Origin: Sphingobacteriales bacterium
GTDB lineage: Bacteria; Bacteroidota; Bacteroidia; UKL13-3
Direction: 5' to 3'
Length of the DNA: 64,000 bases
NCBI GenBank assembly: GCA_021298155.1
Contig: JAJTEN010000010.1
Coordinates: 824 to 64,823 of the forward strand
The translations under genes and the position numbers were made by a program. The notes under the pieces were generated by a model that saw nothing but the letters and a program-made list of their open reading frames with translations, had not been told where the DNA came from and did not search any database. Within the stretch, counting starts at the first letter, position 1; every line of letters starts with the position of its first letter. This document shows positions 30,555-41,155 of the stretch, piece after piece.

Positions 30555-31853
30555 ATGCACAAAATTTGGCTCATTTGTAAACGCGAATATGTATCTAGAG
30601 TAATGAAAAAATCTTTCTTACTCATGACACTCCTATCTCCCCTTCTCATTGTAGTTTTTTATGGGATTATCTTTTACTTTTCTTTTAATAAAGACATTAG
30701 CGATGCTCAAAAAACTATTCTTGTAAATGATGCTACAGGTATTTTTGAAAATAGGTTAGAGTCGACCAACTCTATTGTTTTTCATTACAAAAGCATTGAA
30801 TTAGCTGCAGCAAAGCGTGAGTTAAATTCAAAAAAACAGTATGCTATTTTAAGCATTACCCAACAAGATTCGGTAATTAATTATCAATTGTTAAGTAATG
30901 AACAACCCAGTTTAAGTACGCTTGCCGCCATAGAGGGTAAAATAGAAAAAGTATTAAAAGATAAGCATCTTCAAGGTAAAGGAATTGATGCAGGCATACT
31001 TAAAGAACTAAATGCAATTTCTGTGCATATTGCCACACAAAAAAACACGCAATCAGGAATTGAGAAAGGAGATTCAGGCGCTACCACCATTATAGGATTT
31101 ATAGGCGCTTTCCTCATTTATTTCTTTATATTTTTATATGGGGTTCAAGTTATGAAAGGTGTTATTGAAGAAAAAACCAATCGTATCGTGGAGGTCATTA
31201 TTTCTTCTGTTAAACCCTTTCAACTTATGTTAGGGAAAATAACAGGCATTGCCATGGTTGGTTTCACCCAATTTTCAATTTGGGTTATATTGGTAGGTCT
31301 GCTCAGTGGTCCGGTAGCTAGTCTGGTAATGGAGCTGGCTAATATTGATGCGAGTGCCATTGCCAATAGCGGAAAAGAAATAGGCGCGCAAAGCGGTAAG
31401 TTAAATATGCTCGCAGGTTTTTCACAAATTAATATTCCACTCATTCTTGGCTTATTTATTTTCTATTTTATTGGTGGATACCTCTTTTATGGTGCTCTAT
31501 TTGCTGCTGTTGGTTCGGCAGTAGATAATGAAACAGACACCCAACAATTTATGTTCCCCATAACGATGCCATTGATATTTTCAATAGCCATTGCCCAATC
31601 TGTGATAAACGAACCAGGCAGTCAATTGGCGCTCTGGCTATCTATGATACCATTTAGCTCACCCATTATTATGATGATTCGTCTCCCATTTGGCGTACCT
31701 ACATCTGAAATATTAGCCTCAATGGCATGCATGGTTGCGGGATTTCTAGCAACTACTTGGTTTGCCGGACGCATTTATAGAATTGGCATATTAACTTATG
31801 GAAAAAAGCCTAGCTATCAGGAATTGGTTAAATGGTTATTTCGTAAAAACTAA
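30555..31853 (+). CDS. ABC-2 family transporter permease (NatB-like)
   Basis: 432 aa. An N-terminal TM is followed by a large extracytoplasmic domain and five C-terminal TM helices. It starts 3 nt after the ATPase gene. Confidence 0.8.
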   Translation: MHKIWLICKREYVSRVMKKSFLLMTLLSPLLIVVFYGIIFYFSFNKDISDAQKTILVNDATGIFENRLESTNSIVFHYKSIELAAAKRELNSKKQYAILSITQQDSVINYQLLSNEQPSLSTLAAIEGKIEKVLKDKHLQGKGIDAGILKELNAISVHIATQKNTQSGIEKGDSGATTIIGFIGAFLIYFFIFLYGVQVMKGVIEEKTNRIVEVIISSVKPFQLMLGKITGIAMVGFTQFSIWVILVGLLSGPVASLVMELANIDASAIANSGKEIGAQSGKLNMLAGFSQINIPLILGLFIFYFIGGYLFYGALFAAVGSAVDNETDTQQFMFPITMPLIFSIAIAQSVINEPGSQLALWLSMIPFSSPIIMMIRLPFGVPTSEILASMACMVAGFLATTWFAGRIYRIGILTYGKKPSYQELVKWLFRKN

Positions 31854-33085
31854 TGACCACACCCTCCTCTCGTGCTGCACTTGCCATTCCTAGTTTTCGC
31901 CTATTTTTAGGCAAACGCCTATTTCTAACCCTTGCCCTTCAGATACAAGCCGTTATAATAGGATGGGAAGTATATAAAATTAGCAATAGTGCCTTATCGC
32001 TTGGCCTTGTTGGCCTGGCCGAGGCTATACCTGCAATTTCAATAGCGCTGTATGCAGGTCATATTGCCGATATCTATAATCGAAAAATAATTTTATTGGT
32101 AAGTTTAGGTATAATCATCCTAAGTTCTGTCGGAATTTTTTACGCCCTTCATCAATCAGATTCGCATCAAGTGAGTTTGTTCTGGGTGTATTTCTTTATA
32201 TGCCTCAGTGGCTTTGCAAGGGGCTTTTATTCGCCGTCTTCTTTCGCAAGTATTTCTCAAATTGTACCAAAAGAATTATTAACCTACGCAAGCACCTTAA
32301 ATAGCACGATTTGGCAATTTGCATCCGTTGTTGGGCCTGCTTTGGGTGGCCTTTCTTACGCGTATTTGGGACTAAACAATAGTTTTTACCTACTCATAGG
32401 CTTGGCCATTATCGCCTTAATTACTTTATTTCAAATACAAATTCGGTTCGAACCAAAACCTAAGCCACTTGAAAAAATTAGTGCTCGATTACGGGAAGGC
32501 TTGGCTTTTGTTTACAACAATAAAATTATTTTAACTGCCTTATCATTAGATTTATTCTCGGTTTTATTTGGAGGTGCAACGGCTCTACTCCCTATTTTTG
32601 CGAATGAAATTTTACAAACCGGACCAGAAGGCTTGGGACTACTCAGAGCTGCGCCATCTGCTGGAGCAGTAATTATGATGACCGTATTATCTTTACGCAA
32701 AAATATTGACCATGCAGGTATTGTGCTTATCCGAGCGGTTGGCGCATTTGGGTTATGCATGTTACTTTTTGGCTTATCTACCAACTTTTATATTTCCCTG
32801 CTGGTACTGTTTTTAAGTGGTGCTTTTGATAGCATCAGTGTGGTTGTAAGATCAAATATTTTACAGTTACATACCCCAGATCATATGCGCGGAAGGGTTT
32901 CGGCAGTTAACAGTATTTTCATAGGTTCATCTAATGAAATTGGCGCTTTTGAAAGCGGATTAGCGGCTAAGTATTTAGGAACCGTAAATTCAGTGATTTT
33001 TGGGGCTTGTATTACCCTTGGAGTGGTTGGATTTACCCAGAAATACGGTAAAAGTTTAAAAAAATTACGGTTCCCAAAAGATTAA
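31853..33085 (+). CDS. MFS transporter
   Basis: 410 aa, about 12 TM helices. TAATG overlap with the permease gene. Confidence 0.85.
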   Translation: MTTPSSRAALAIPSFRLFLGKRLFLTLALQIQAVIIGWEVYKISNSALSLGLVGLAEAIPAISIALYAGHIADIYNRKIILLVSLGIIILSSVGIFYALHQSDSHQVSLFWVYFFICLSGFARGFYSPSSFASISQIVPKELLTYASTLNSTIWQFASVVGPALGGLSYAYLGLNNSFYLLIGLAIIALITLFQIQIRFEPKPKPLEKISARLREGLAFVYNNKIILTALSLDLFSVLFGGATALLPIFANEILQTGPEGLGLLRAAPSAGAVIMMTVLSLRKNIDHAGIVLIRAVGAFGLCMLLFGLSTNFYISLLVLFLSGAFDSISVVVRSNILQLHTPDHMRGRVSAVNSIFIGSSNEIGAFESGLAAKYLGTVNSVIFGACITLGVVGFTQKYGKSLKKLRFPKD

Positions 33086-33594
33086 TTAAGCGCTAATAAT
33101 CCATCAGGCAAATCCACAATTACTTCTTGTTTTTTATCGCGTATCTCTAAAACAATCTCTTCAACTAACGGAACCATAAGCTCACGCTCCTTAAAATTTA
33201 CGAGAGCTAAGGATTGATAGGTATTGTCTAAAATGCTAGTAATTGTTCCTAAAACGCCATGTTGTTTGTCTATCATGGTATATCCTTCTAAGTTCCAGTC
33301 ATCTGTATTTTTTGCCTTTTTAACTTGTTTAGTTGGCATTAACAGGGCTTTACCAATAAAATTACTTGCCTGCTCCACGCCATCTATGCCACGCAATTTC
33401 ATGATAATTTCATCGGCAAATTCGGCTTTTGTATACTCAATATAAAAAGGAACGGGCTTTCCTCGAAATTCGAGAAAAGCCCAGTCTTTAATAGTAAAGG
33501 ATTGCGTAAGTAAGAACTTAAGCTCACCTTTTGTGCCATGAACTTTCACCGCAGATCCAACCTCTTGGAAGTCTTTTCTTTGGATTGTTTTCAA
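33082..33594 (-). CDS. rimM: 16S rRNA processing protein RimM
   Basis: 170 aa with GSAVKVHGTKGELKF (RimM N-domain) and a PRC-barrel-like C-terminus. The start is TTG at 33594, 9 nt after the rpsP stop, and no ATG alternative exists upstream of the conserved block. Confidence 0.85.
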   Translation of the reverse strand: MKTIQRKDFQEVGSAVKVHGTKGELKFLLTQSFTIKDWAFLEFRGKPVPFYIEYTKAEFADEIIMKLRGIDGVEQASNFIGKALLMPTKQVKKAKNTDDWNLEGYTMIDKQHGVLGTITSILDNTYQSLALVNFKERELMVPLVEEIVLEIRDKKQEVIVDLPDGLLALN

Positions 33595-33603
33595 AGCAAA
33601 AAA

Positions 33604-34161
33604 TTATTCAGCAGGAGTTTCAGTAGCTTCTTCTGCGGCAGGAGCCTCAGTTGCTTCTTCTACGGCTACTTCTTCAGGAGCTGGATTAGCGGCAGCTTCA
33701 GCAGCGGCAGCTTTTGCAGCAATTTTCTCTAAACGAGCTTGGTTTACTTTTGCTTCATCTGCTAATTTAGCTGTAGCAATCTGAGCAGCAGTCATCTTCA
33801 CACGTTCAACATGTGTCTTAACTTTGTTTTCTTTCTCACTTACCCAAGCAGCAAATTTTGCATCTGCTTGTTCTTGTGTTAAAGCACCTTTTCTAACACC
33901 AACAGCTAAGTGACTCTTCATTAATGCACCTTTGTATGAAAGGATGGCACGACAAGTGTCGGTTGGTTGAGCACCATTTTCTAACCAGTAAGTAGCTCTG
34001 TCTAAGTCGAGCTCAATGGTTGCAGGTTGCGTTTGAGGAAGATAAGAACCAATTTTTTCGATAAACTTACCATCTCTCGGAGCACGCGAATCCGCCACCA
34101 CTACGTGGTAAAAAGGTGATTTTGAACGTCCGTGACGTTGTAATCTAATTTTTACTGACAT
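33604..34161 (-). CDS. rpsP: 30S ribosomal protein S16 with long Ala/Glu-rich C-terminal extension
   Basis: 185 aa. [31 protein letters not shown] is the canonical S16 N-terminus. About 100 extra residues end in [38 protein letters not shown]. Confidence 0.95.
   Translation of the reverse strand: MSVKIRLQRHGRSKSPFYHVVVADSRAPRDGKFIEKIGSYLPQTQPATIELDLDRATYWLENGAQPTDTCRAILSYKGALMKSHLAVGVRKGALTQEQADAKFAAWVSEKENKVKTHVERVKMTAAQIATAKLADEAKVNQARLEKIAAKAAAAEAAANPAPEEVAVEEATEAPAAEEATETPAE
33611..33664. repeat. Imperfect 27-nt tandem duplication (2 copies) inside the rpsP 3' extension
   Basis: gcaggagtttcagtagcttcttctgcg and gcaggagcctcagttgcttcttctacg match at 23/27 positions. They encode the repeated (V/A)EEATE(A/T)PA nonapeptide. 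Confidence 0.8.
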
Positions 34162-34256
34162 ATTTTTTTGTTTTTAAATCCCCGGTTCTCCTTTTCCGGG
34201 GCTGCAAATATCTTGTTTATTTTTTTATAAACAAGCACTTTATCAATTTTTTGGGT

Positions 34257-34724
34257 CTAATTTTGGATCAAACCAAATTGCGAAAAGTGATGAGTGAAGT
34301 GCTTCCGATGAAATAAAAACCATTCTTCTCTGGTTAACGGCCCAAAAACTGGATGTGTAAATACCGCATCAGGATGCTTTTCCATGTGCGCTAAAAACAA
34401 ATCTATTTCGTTCATTAAACCCATTTGCGCCAATTCAAAACTGGCAAATTGCAAGGGCTGTAAACCTGAACCTAAAAAAGGTGCCGCAAAATCCTTTTTA
34501 AGCGGCGCATCACTCAAAAGCATTATTCTTTTTACCTTCTCAAGTTTCTCAAACGGTGTTGCCAATGGCACATGAAGTAATCCTCTTGAAATGTGAAGAG
34601 GCAAAATAAGATGTTCAAGCATGTGTTGAGCCGACATAATGCCCCATCGGGCAGATGCCGCAGGCTCCAAACGATACAATAATTCCTTAACCGCCTCTGT
34701 GCCAGGAAACTGAATAAAATTCAT
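34257..34724 (-). CDS. DinB-like / DUF1569-type four-helix protein
   Basis: 155 aa. The MLEHLILP and C-terminal HRKHFTHHFSQFG histidine patterns resemble the DinB/DUF1569 family. Confidence 0.55.
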   Translation of the reverse strand: MNFIQFPGTEAVKELLYRLEPAASARWGIMSAQHMLEHLILPLHISRGLLHVPLATPFEKLEKVKRIMLLSDAPLKKDFAAPFLGSGLQPLQFASFELAQMGLMNEIDLFLAHMEKHPDAVFTHPVFGPLTREEWFLFHRKHFTHHFSQFGLIQN

Positions 34725-34727
34725 CTG

Positions 34728-35279
34728 TTATGGATTAATCTCAATAATTCTATATCGACCTTTAATCATTTTGAACCAAATTTGCCCGTCTTCGCCAATC
34801 ATTGCGCCTTTTTCATCCCTATATATTTCTGAAGGATCTTGGTCTGCTATTTCTAAGGCAAACTCAGCTGAGAAAATAGCATCAAAATCTTTTAAAAAAT
34901 CTGATTTATTTTTTGAAATTCTGATGGGAAAATCAATGTATGATGCAATTTTCTCTTTATCTCTGTCGCCAACTTCCCACTGAAAATTTTTAAAGAAAAT
35001 AATAAAATCTTTTGCATTAGGGAAACCAGCATCATCCCAGCTTGAAGCAATTGTGCTGTCTCTTAATAATTGCTTTTTATGTTGAAAGGGATTTGGAAGC
35101 GTATAATCTATTACCTTGGCATCCAATCCAGGAATAGTTCCCTCGTAATTATCGGTAGTTTTATTGGAAACTTCTACGGCGGTAGAATCCAAATCATCTA
35201 TCAACACATGTGGCATGGGTTCTTCACAGGCTGTTAGCCATATAACCAAAGTGGCCAATCCTACAATAAACTTTTTCAT
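34728..35279 (-). CDS. Hypothetical lipoprotein
   Basis: 183 aa with a lipobox (VIWLTAC). ATGA overlap with the purB stop. Confidence 0.6.
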   Translation of the reverse strand: MKKFIVGLATLVIWLTACEEPMPHVLIDDLDSTAVEVSNKTTDNYEGTIPGLDAKVIDYTLPNPFQHKKQLLRDSTIASSWDDAGFPNAKDFIIFFKNFQWEVGDRDKEKIASYIDFPIRISKNKSDFLKDFDAIFSAEFALEIADQDPSEIYRDEKGAMIGEDGQIWFKMIKGRYRIIEINP

Positions 35280-36619
35280 AAACCGGTATAATTATGTGGA
35301 CTAATCAATCGCAATTCTGATTTAACTTCGTCTGAAATAGGCAAGGTATCTATGAATGAATGAATAGACGCCTTACTGATAACTTCATTTTTCCTTGTTA
35401 AAGCCTTTAGCGCTTCATATGGTTTTTCAAAACCTTCCCTTCGTAAAATAGTTTGAATAGCCTCTGCAACTACAGCCCAATTATTCTCTAAATCTAAGGC
35501 TAATTTCTCTTCGTTTAACAATAATTTTTGTAAGCCTTTTTCAAGCGATTTAAAGGCAATGAGCATATGCCCAAATGGCACACCAATATTACGTAAAACA
35601 GTGCTATCAGTTAAATCTCTTTGTAAACGAGATACAGGAAGTTTTGCCGACAAATGTTCTAATAAAGCATTGGCTATGCCCAGATTTCCTTCTGCGTTTT
35701 CAAAATCAATTGGATTTACTTTATGCGGCATAGCGCTTGATCCTACTTCTCCTTCTTTCAACTTTTGCTTGAAATAATCCATCGCTACATATTGCCAAAC
35801 ATCTTTTGAAAAATCTAACAATATGGTATTAATGCGTTTGAATGCATCAAATAGAGCGGCTAAATTATCATAGTGTTCTATTTGAGTGGTTGGATGCGAT
35901 CGGTTAAGACCAAGTGAATCACAAAACTGATTTGCAAATTGAATCCAATCTATTTTGGGATAGGCTACTGCATGGGCATTAAAATTACCCGTTGCACCGC
36001 CAAATTTTGCTGGGTAACTTAATGAATGCAACTGCTGCAATTGCACATTAATTCGATGCATAAATACTTCCCATTCTTTCCCTAAACGGGTTGGCGAAGC
36101 TGGCTGACCGTGTGTTCTTGCAAGCATTGGAATATGTTGCCAAGCCTGTACTTGCGACTCCATTATATGCAAGACCTTTGTTAAAGCAGGCAATATTTCA
36201 TTTGAAATTGCGTGCCTTAAACTCATCGGTATAGCAGTATTATTAATGTCTTGAGAGGTTAAGCCAAAATGAATAAATTCTGAAGCAGTATGCAAACCAA
36301 GCTTATCCATCTCTTCTTTCAAAAAATATTCTACTGCCTTAACATCGTGATTCGTGGTGCGTTCAATTTCTTTGATACGCTCGGCTTGAACCAAGGAAAA
36401 ATTCTCGTAAATAGCCCGCAATGCCTGCTTCTGGTCTGGCGAAATTTGAGAGGCTAATTGCGGCAATGGCAGCTCTTCAAGGGCAATAAAATATTGCACT
36501 TCCACCCAAACACGATACCTAATTAATGCAAATTCGCTAAAGTAATTTCCTAGTGCTTCAGTTTGTTTTTGGTATCTACCGTCTATGGGAGAAATAGCTG
36601 TAAGAGATGAAAGTTGCAT
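35276..36619 (-). CDS. purB: Adenylosuccinate lyase
   Basis: The ORF track begins at TTG 36655. I prefer ATG 36619 (MQLSSLTAISPIDGRY..., the canonical PurB N-terminus). The fumarate-lyase signature GSSAMPHKVNP is present. Confidence 0.95.
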   Translation of the reverse strand: MQLSSLTAISPIDGRYQKQTEALGNYFSEFALIRYRVWVEVQYFIALEELPLPQLASQISPDQKQALRAIYENFSLVQAERIKEIERTTNHDVKAVEYFLKEEMDKLGLHTASEFIHFGLTSQDINNTAIPMSLRHAISNEILPALTKVLHIMESQVQAWQHIPMLARTHGQPASPTRLGKEWEVFMHRINVQLQQLHSLSYPAKFGGATGNFNAHAVAYPKIDWIQFANQFCDSLGLNRSHPTTQIEHYDNLAALFDAFKRINTILLDFSKDVWQYVAMDYFKQKLKEGEVGSSAMPHKVNPIDFENAEGNLGIANALLEHLSAKLPVSRLQRDLTDSTVLRNIGVPFGHMLIAFKSLEKGLQKLLLNEEKLALDLENNWAVVAEAIQTILRREGFEKPYEALKALTRKNEVISKASIHSFIDTLPISDEVKSELRLISPHNYTGL

Positions 36620-36679
36620 CGATTTAAATTTCAACAAATTTAAGCTTCGAGGCAAGGAAATAAAAGGATTAAATTTTCC

Positions 36680-37999
36680 TTATTTCAACAATCCCCAAAT
36701 ATCGTTGCCAAAAATGAGCACCATGAGCGTTAAAAGCAGTATCATTCCAATATATTGAACTGTTTCTAAAAACTTTTCGCTCAATGGCCTTCCTATTACC
36801 ATCTCTACCAATAAAAATATCACGTGACCTCCATCTAAGGCAGGTATGGGCAAAATATTCATGAAAGCTAAACCCAAAGAAATTAGCGCAGTTAACATCC
36901 AAAATCTACTCCATATCCACTCACCACCATAAAATTTAGCAATTCCAATCGGACCCTGTACCGCTTTATTTACAGCAATATCTCCTTTAAAAATCTTTGC
37001 CCAACCTTTTATCTGCGCATCAATTGTTTCTATTGCTTTATCCAAGCCAGCAGGAAATGAAGCAAGGAATGAATAATTCAATACTTCATAATCAAAATCT
37101 TTTGAATCTGGCTTAAAACCAACCCTTCCGCCTTCATCAACCAATATCGGTAATTGAAGGGTTTCAGCGCCTCGGCTAACGTGAAAAACTACTTCTTTTC
37201 CAGCAGAAGCTTTTAATATCCCCTGAAATTGATCAAAAAATGCAAATGCCGAATCGTTTACCTGGGTAATAATGTCTCCTACCATCAATCCTGCCTTTTC
37301 CGCATTGTATCCTGGTGTAAGCTCATTAACAAAAAACTTCATCCTTGGCAAAAAGAAATCTTTCTTTTCGTCTCCAAATTTTTTAACAAAATCTGCAGGC
37401 AATACCAATTCAATGTTTTCACCATCACGTTCAATTTGATAGGTAACCCCTTCACCTAATATATGCTCAATTTTTAAGGCATCTTCAAATCGTGTTATTG
37501 CCTGACCGTTTACAGAAATTAATTTATCCCCAGTCTTGAACCCATATTCTTTGGCTAATTCTGAAGGTACAATTCCATTTTTTACGGAATCATTTTTGAT
37601 ATATTTTTCGCCGTAGGCATAACTCATCATGGCAAAAATGACAATACCAGTAATGATGTTAACTACTACGCCACCAATCATTACAATGAGGCGTTGCCAA
37701 GCTGGTTTACTTCTAAATTCCCATGGCTGTGGAGCCTGTTTCATGGCTTCTTTATCCAAGCTTTCATCTATCATACCCGCTATTTTCACATAGCCGCCTA
37801 ACGGTAACCATCCTATGCCCCACTCGGTGTCGCCTACCTTAAAGGAAAAAAGTTTTACGCCCCAGGCATCAAAAAATAAATAGAACTTTTCAACTTTAAT
37901 TCCAAATGCCCTGGCTGCTAGATAATGTCCAAACTCGTGTAAAATAACTAATATAGAAATGCCCAAAATCAATTGAGCAGTCATAATAAATGTTTGCAT
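36680..37999 (-). CDS. rseP: RIP metalloprotease RseP (site-2 protease, M50)
   Basis: 439 aa with HEFGHY zinc motif in TM1, PDZ domains, and C-terminal NILPIPALDGGH. Confidence 0.9.
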   Translation of the reverse strand: MQTFIMTAQLILGISILVILHEFGHYLAARAFGIKVEKFYLFFDAWGVKLFSFKVGDTEWGIGWLPLGGYVKIAGMIDESLDKEAMKQAPQPWEFRSKPAWQRLIVMIGGVVVNIITGIVIFAMMSYAYGEKYIKNDSVKNGIVPSELAKEYGFKTGDKLISVNGQAITRFEDALKIEHILGEGVTYQIERDGENIELVLPADFVKKFGDEKKDFFLPRMKFFVNELTPGYNAEKAGLMVGDIITQVNDSAFAFFDQFQGILKASAGKEVVFHVSRGAETLQLPILVDEGGRVGFKPDSKDFDYEVLNYSFLASFPAGLDKAIETIDAQIKGWAKIFKGDIAVNKAVQGPIGIAKFYGGEWIWSRFWMLTALISLGLAFMNILPIPALDGGHVIFLLVEMVIGRPLSEKFLETVQYIGMILLLTLMVLIFGNDIWGLLK

Positions 38000-38042
38000 A
38001 GTTTAAATTGTAATTCCTTAAATTGTTTGCAATAATAATCAA

Positions 38043-39203
38043 TTAACCCAATAATTCTTGCGCTATTCTCCTTGTTTCGCTATCTGTTTCAATGTAATCT
38101 TGAATAGTAGGCTTTTGAATAAAACTTACTCGGTTCATACATTTTTCATTTAATTCTGCAATTTGCAAAAACTTAATTTTGTCTTTCAAAAAAGCTTCAA
38201 CAGCTACTTCATTGGCTGCATTTAAAATACATGCCATATTTCCACCTTTATCCATAGCCTCATAAGCTAAGCCCAAATTTCTAAATGTACTTACATCAGG
38301 CTCTTCAAAGGTTAATTGTTTGATATCTGAAAAGCGCGTTCTCGGAAAGTGGCTTTTTTTACGTTCTGGAAAGAAAAAGGCATAATGTATGGGTAATTTC
38401 ATATCGGGCAATCCCATTTGTGCTTTAATGCTTCCATCTGTAAATTCAACCATACTATGTATAATAGATTGTGGATGCACAACTACCTCAATCTGCTTTT
38501 GGTTCAAACCAAATAACCATTTTGCCTCAATTACCTCCAAACCTTTATTCATTAATGTTGCAGAATCTATCGTAATCTTAGCACCCATACTCCAATTAGG
38601 ATGCTTTAGTGCTTGTAGCTTAGTTACTTCTAGTAACTCCTCGCGCTTTTTGCCTCTAAACGGACCTCCAGAGGCTGTTAAAATAATCTTGTCTATTGCA
38701 TCAAGCGACTCGCCAACCAAACATTGAAAAATAGCAGAATGTTCCGAATCTACCGGTATTATATCTACATGGTTTTCGCCACACAACTTGGTAATTATCT
38801 CTCCTGCTACCACCAAAGTTTCTTTGTTGGCTAGTGCAATGCGTTTTTTATTTTCTATTGCTTTTATAGTTGGCAGCAACCCACTATACCCAACCATTGC
38901 GGTTAAAACGGTATCGGCATCCGTAATTGCCATTAATTCTTCTATAGCTTTATTCCCTGCAAATACTTTAATATCCAATGGATCTAAGGCCTCTTTTACT
39001 TGCAAATATTTACGCTCATCAGCTATTACAACATGGTTTGGCTTAAAGGCTATGGCTTGCTCTATCAATAAATCTGCATTGGTATTGGCTGTAAGCACTT
39101 CAACTTGTAAAACATCAGATTGTGCTGAAATAATGTCTAACGCTTGTGTACCAATACTGCCCGTGCTACCAAGTATGGCAATTTTTTTCTTTTCTATTTC
39201 CAT
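38043..39203 (-). CDS. dxr: 1-deoxy-D-xylulose 5-phosphate reductoisomerase
   Basis: 386 aa with ILGSTGSIGTQALD NADPH-binding motif, plus DSEHSAIFQC and NKGLEVIEA blocks. Confidence 0.95.
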   Translation of the reverse strand: MEIEKKKIAILGSTGSIGTQALDIISAQSDVLQVEVLTANTNADLLIEQAIAFKPNHVVIADERKYLQVKEALDPLDIKVFAGNKAIEELMAITDADTVLTAMVGYSGLLPTIKAIENKKRIALANKETLVVAGEIITKLCGENHVDIIPVDSEHSAIFQCLVGESLDAIDKIILTASGGPFRGKKREELLEVTKLQALKHPNWSMGAKITIDSATLMNKGLEVIEAKWLFGLNQKQIEVVVHPQSIIHSMVEFTDGSIKAQMGLPDMKLPIHYAFFFPERKKSHFPRTRFSDIKQLTFEEPDVSTFRNLGLAYEAMDKGGNMACILNAANEVAVEAFLKDKIKFLQIAELNEKCMNRVSFIQKPTIQDYIETDSETRRIAQELLG

Positions 39204-39211
39204 AAAACTAT

Positions 39212-40711
39212 CTACTGTGCCAATAATTTAATTAATTCATCGGCAATTTTTCTATCATTACTTAATCTAGGAACTTTATTTTGCCCACCCAATTTACCCA
39301 ATAATTTCATGTATTGAATGAATGCATCACCTACTAAAATACGCACTTTTAGTGTCTGTAAAATACTCCCAGCAATAAGGTCTTTATAGTAAATATTCTT
39401 TTGCTGCATCGCTTCATCTATATATGCTGCAAAAAGATTGATATCTGCTGGCAGTTTTTCAAAAGCAATAAACCATTCATGATATGGGAGTCCGCCTTCG
39501 ACCGGATTTACCTGCGGGGCCACAGTAAACTCTGTAACATTTGCTTCCATTTTATCACAAGCATATTGAAGCGCGTATTCCACCTCTTCACCAATTACAT
39601 GTTCGCCAAATGCAGAAATAAAATGCTTTATCCTACCGGTAACCTTTATTTTAAATGGATGTAAGGAAACAAATTTCACGGTATCGCCTATGTTATATCC
39701 AAATAAACCGGCATTGGTGTTTAAAATTATTGCATAGTTGGTACCCAAAGTAACCTCGGCCAAAGAAACTCGTTTCGGATTCTCATCGTAAAAGGTATCA
39801 GCTTCTATAAACTCATAGAAAATTCCATTATTACAGAGCAATAATAAGCCATCATCTGTTTGCGAATTTTGATAGGCTATAAATCCTTCCGAGGCAGGGT
39901 AGGTCTCAATAGCGTCTACTTTTTTACCAATACTTGCCTCTAATTTCTTTCTGTATGGCTCCACATTTACCCCGCCGTACACAAATAAGTTGAAATTTGG
40001 AAAAACATCTTTTATTAATTTACCTGTTTTTGCCTGAACCAAATCAAAATACATCTGAACCCAAGGTGGTATCCCACTTATTAAAGTCATATCTTCTAAT
40101 AAGGTTTCCTCCGTTATTTTTGCCACTTTTTCCTCCCAATCTTCAATACAATTGGTATCATAACTTGGCATTTGATTTTTTCGCAAATAAGCCGGCACAT
40201 GATGGTTTACGATTCCACTCAGTCTGCCTGTAAAAATTCCGTTTTTTTTATCTAAGGTAGGACTCCCAGACAAAAAGATCAATTTGCCAGAAACAAATTT
40301 TGCATTTCCTGTTTCATGAATATAAGCCAATAATGCATTCCGAGCAGAATTAATATGATAAGATATAGATTCTTTACTAATAGGTATATATTTTACCCCA
40401 CTGGTTGTACCCGATGTTTTGGCAAAATAGATTGGTTTCCCTGGCCAAGTAACATTCCGCTCTCCTGCCACCATTCTGTCCATATAAACACGTAAAGCTT
40501 CATAATCTCTGATGGGAACCGCCGATTTAAATTGCGCGTAATTTTGAATTGAATTAAAACCATGGTCTCTGCCAAAGCTGGTATTTGAAGCACTTTTCAA
40601 GAGTTTATGCATCCAATAGGTTTGCCAATATATTGCCTTATCAGCATCATTTGTAACCTTTTTTGTAACCCATGAAGCAAAAACATTTGCTAACCATAAT
40701 TTTAATCTCAT
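39212..40711 (-). CDS. GH3 (auxin-responsive promoter)-family acyl-adenylate-forming protein
   Basis: 499 aa with FAKTSGTTSGVKYIP (ANL-type P-loop). Length and architecture match bacterial GH3-domain proteins. Confidence 0.75.
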   Translation of the reverse strand: MRLKLWLANVFASWVTKKVTNDADKAIYWQTYWMHKLLKSASNTSFGRDHGFNSIQNYAQFKSAVPIRDYEALRVYMDRMVAGERNVTWPGKPIYFAKTSGTTSGVKYIPISKESISYHINSARNALLAYIHETGNAKFVSGKLIFLSGSPTLDKKNGIFTGRLSGIVNHHVPAYLRKNQMPSYDTNCIEDWEEKVAKITEETLLEDMTLISGIPPWVQMYFDLVQAKTGKLIKDVFPNFNLFVYGGVNVEPYRKKLEASIGKKVDAIETYPASEGFIAYQNSQTDDGLLLLCNNGIFYEFIEADTFYDENPKRVSLAEVTLGTNYAIILNTNAGLFGYNIGDTVKFVSLHPFKIKVTGRIKHFISAFGEHVIGEEVEYALQYACDKMEANVTEFTVAPQVNPVEGGLPYHEWFIAFEKLPADINLFAAYIDEAMQQKNIYYKDLIAGSILQTLKVRILVGDAFIQYMKLLGKLGGQNKVPRLSNDRKIADELIKLLAQ

Positions 40712-40721
40712 GCTGCTTTTA

Positions 40722-41147
40722 TTATTTCACTTGCCTTGAAAAACTTTTAATTGCATTCCCTACCGTTATGTCTTTTACCAAATCTACTACTAGCGTTTTT
40801 ACAGGTATACTTTGTTGTGTACCCAATAGGTTAGCTGCCCCCTCCAAAATTCTAGCTCCATGCGCATTTTGGGCTGCAGCTGGCAATCTTCCAAATGCCG
40901 CACTTGCAGCTTTTACTCTGAGGGTTTCACCAGAGAATTCAGATTTTACAGCATCTAATCTAAATTTTTGCCGCAATTGTTCATCTAATTGTGATAACAT
41001 AAAACCTGAACCTACCTGCTTTGCAGCAGTATTGACTTGTTTCACTTGTTTGTTTATATGTCTAATCTGAGCAGAATTTATTTGTGCTCCTACTTCCTTT
41101 GCCATTCCAAGACCTAACAACAAGCATACATAAAAAATGAATTTCAT
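40722..41147 (-). CDS. Hypothetical secreted protein
   Basis: 141 aa with a signal peptide (MKFIFYVCLLLGLGMAKEVGAQ). I prefer it to the Cys-rich antisense ORF 40672..41070 and it is co-oriented with the flanking operon. Confidence 0.55.
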   Translation of the reverse strand: MKFIFYVCLLLGLGMAKEVGAQINSAQIRHINKQVKQVNTAAKQVGSGFMLSQLDEQLRQKFRLDAVKSEFSGETLRVKAASAAFGRLPAAAQNAHGARILEGAANLLGTQQSIPVKTLVVDLVKDITVGNAIKSFSRQVK

Positions 41148-41155
41148 AATCTATA

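Noticed and set aside
34162-34256. Hairpins ccccgg-N10-ccgggg and cttgtttat-N6-ataaacaag in the rpsP leader as a terminator, riboswitch or r-protein autoregulatory element
   Set aside because: Both stems are visible, but neither is followed by a U-run on the transcribed (minus) strand. I also cannot link them to a known leader family without covariance data. Noted only.
40672-41070. Plus-strand 132-aa ORF overlapping the 141-aa minus-strand ORF
   Set aside because: It is Cys-rich with no signal or motif logic, and it opposes the orientation of the surrounding operon. The minus-strand ORF has a clean signal peptide, so I kept that one at moderate confidence.
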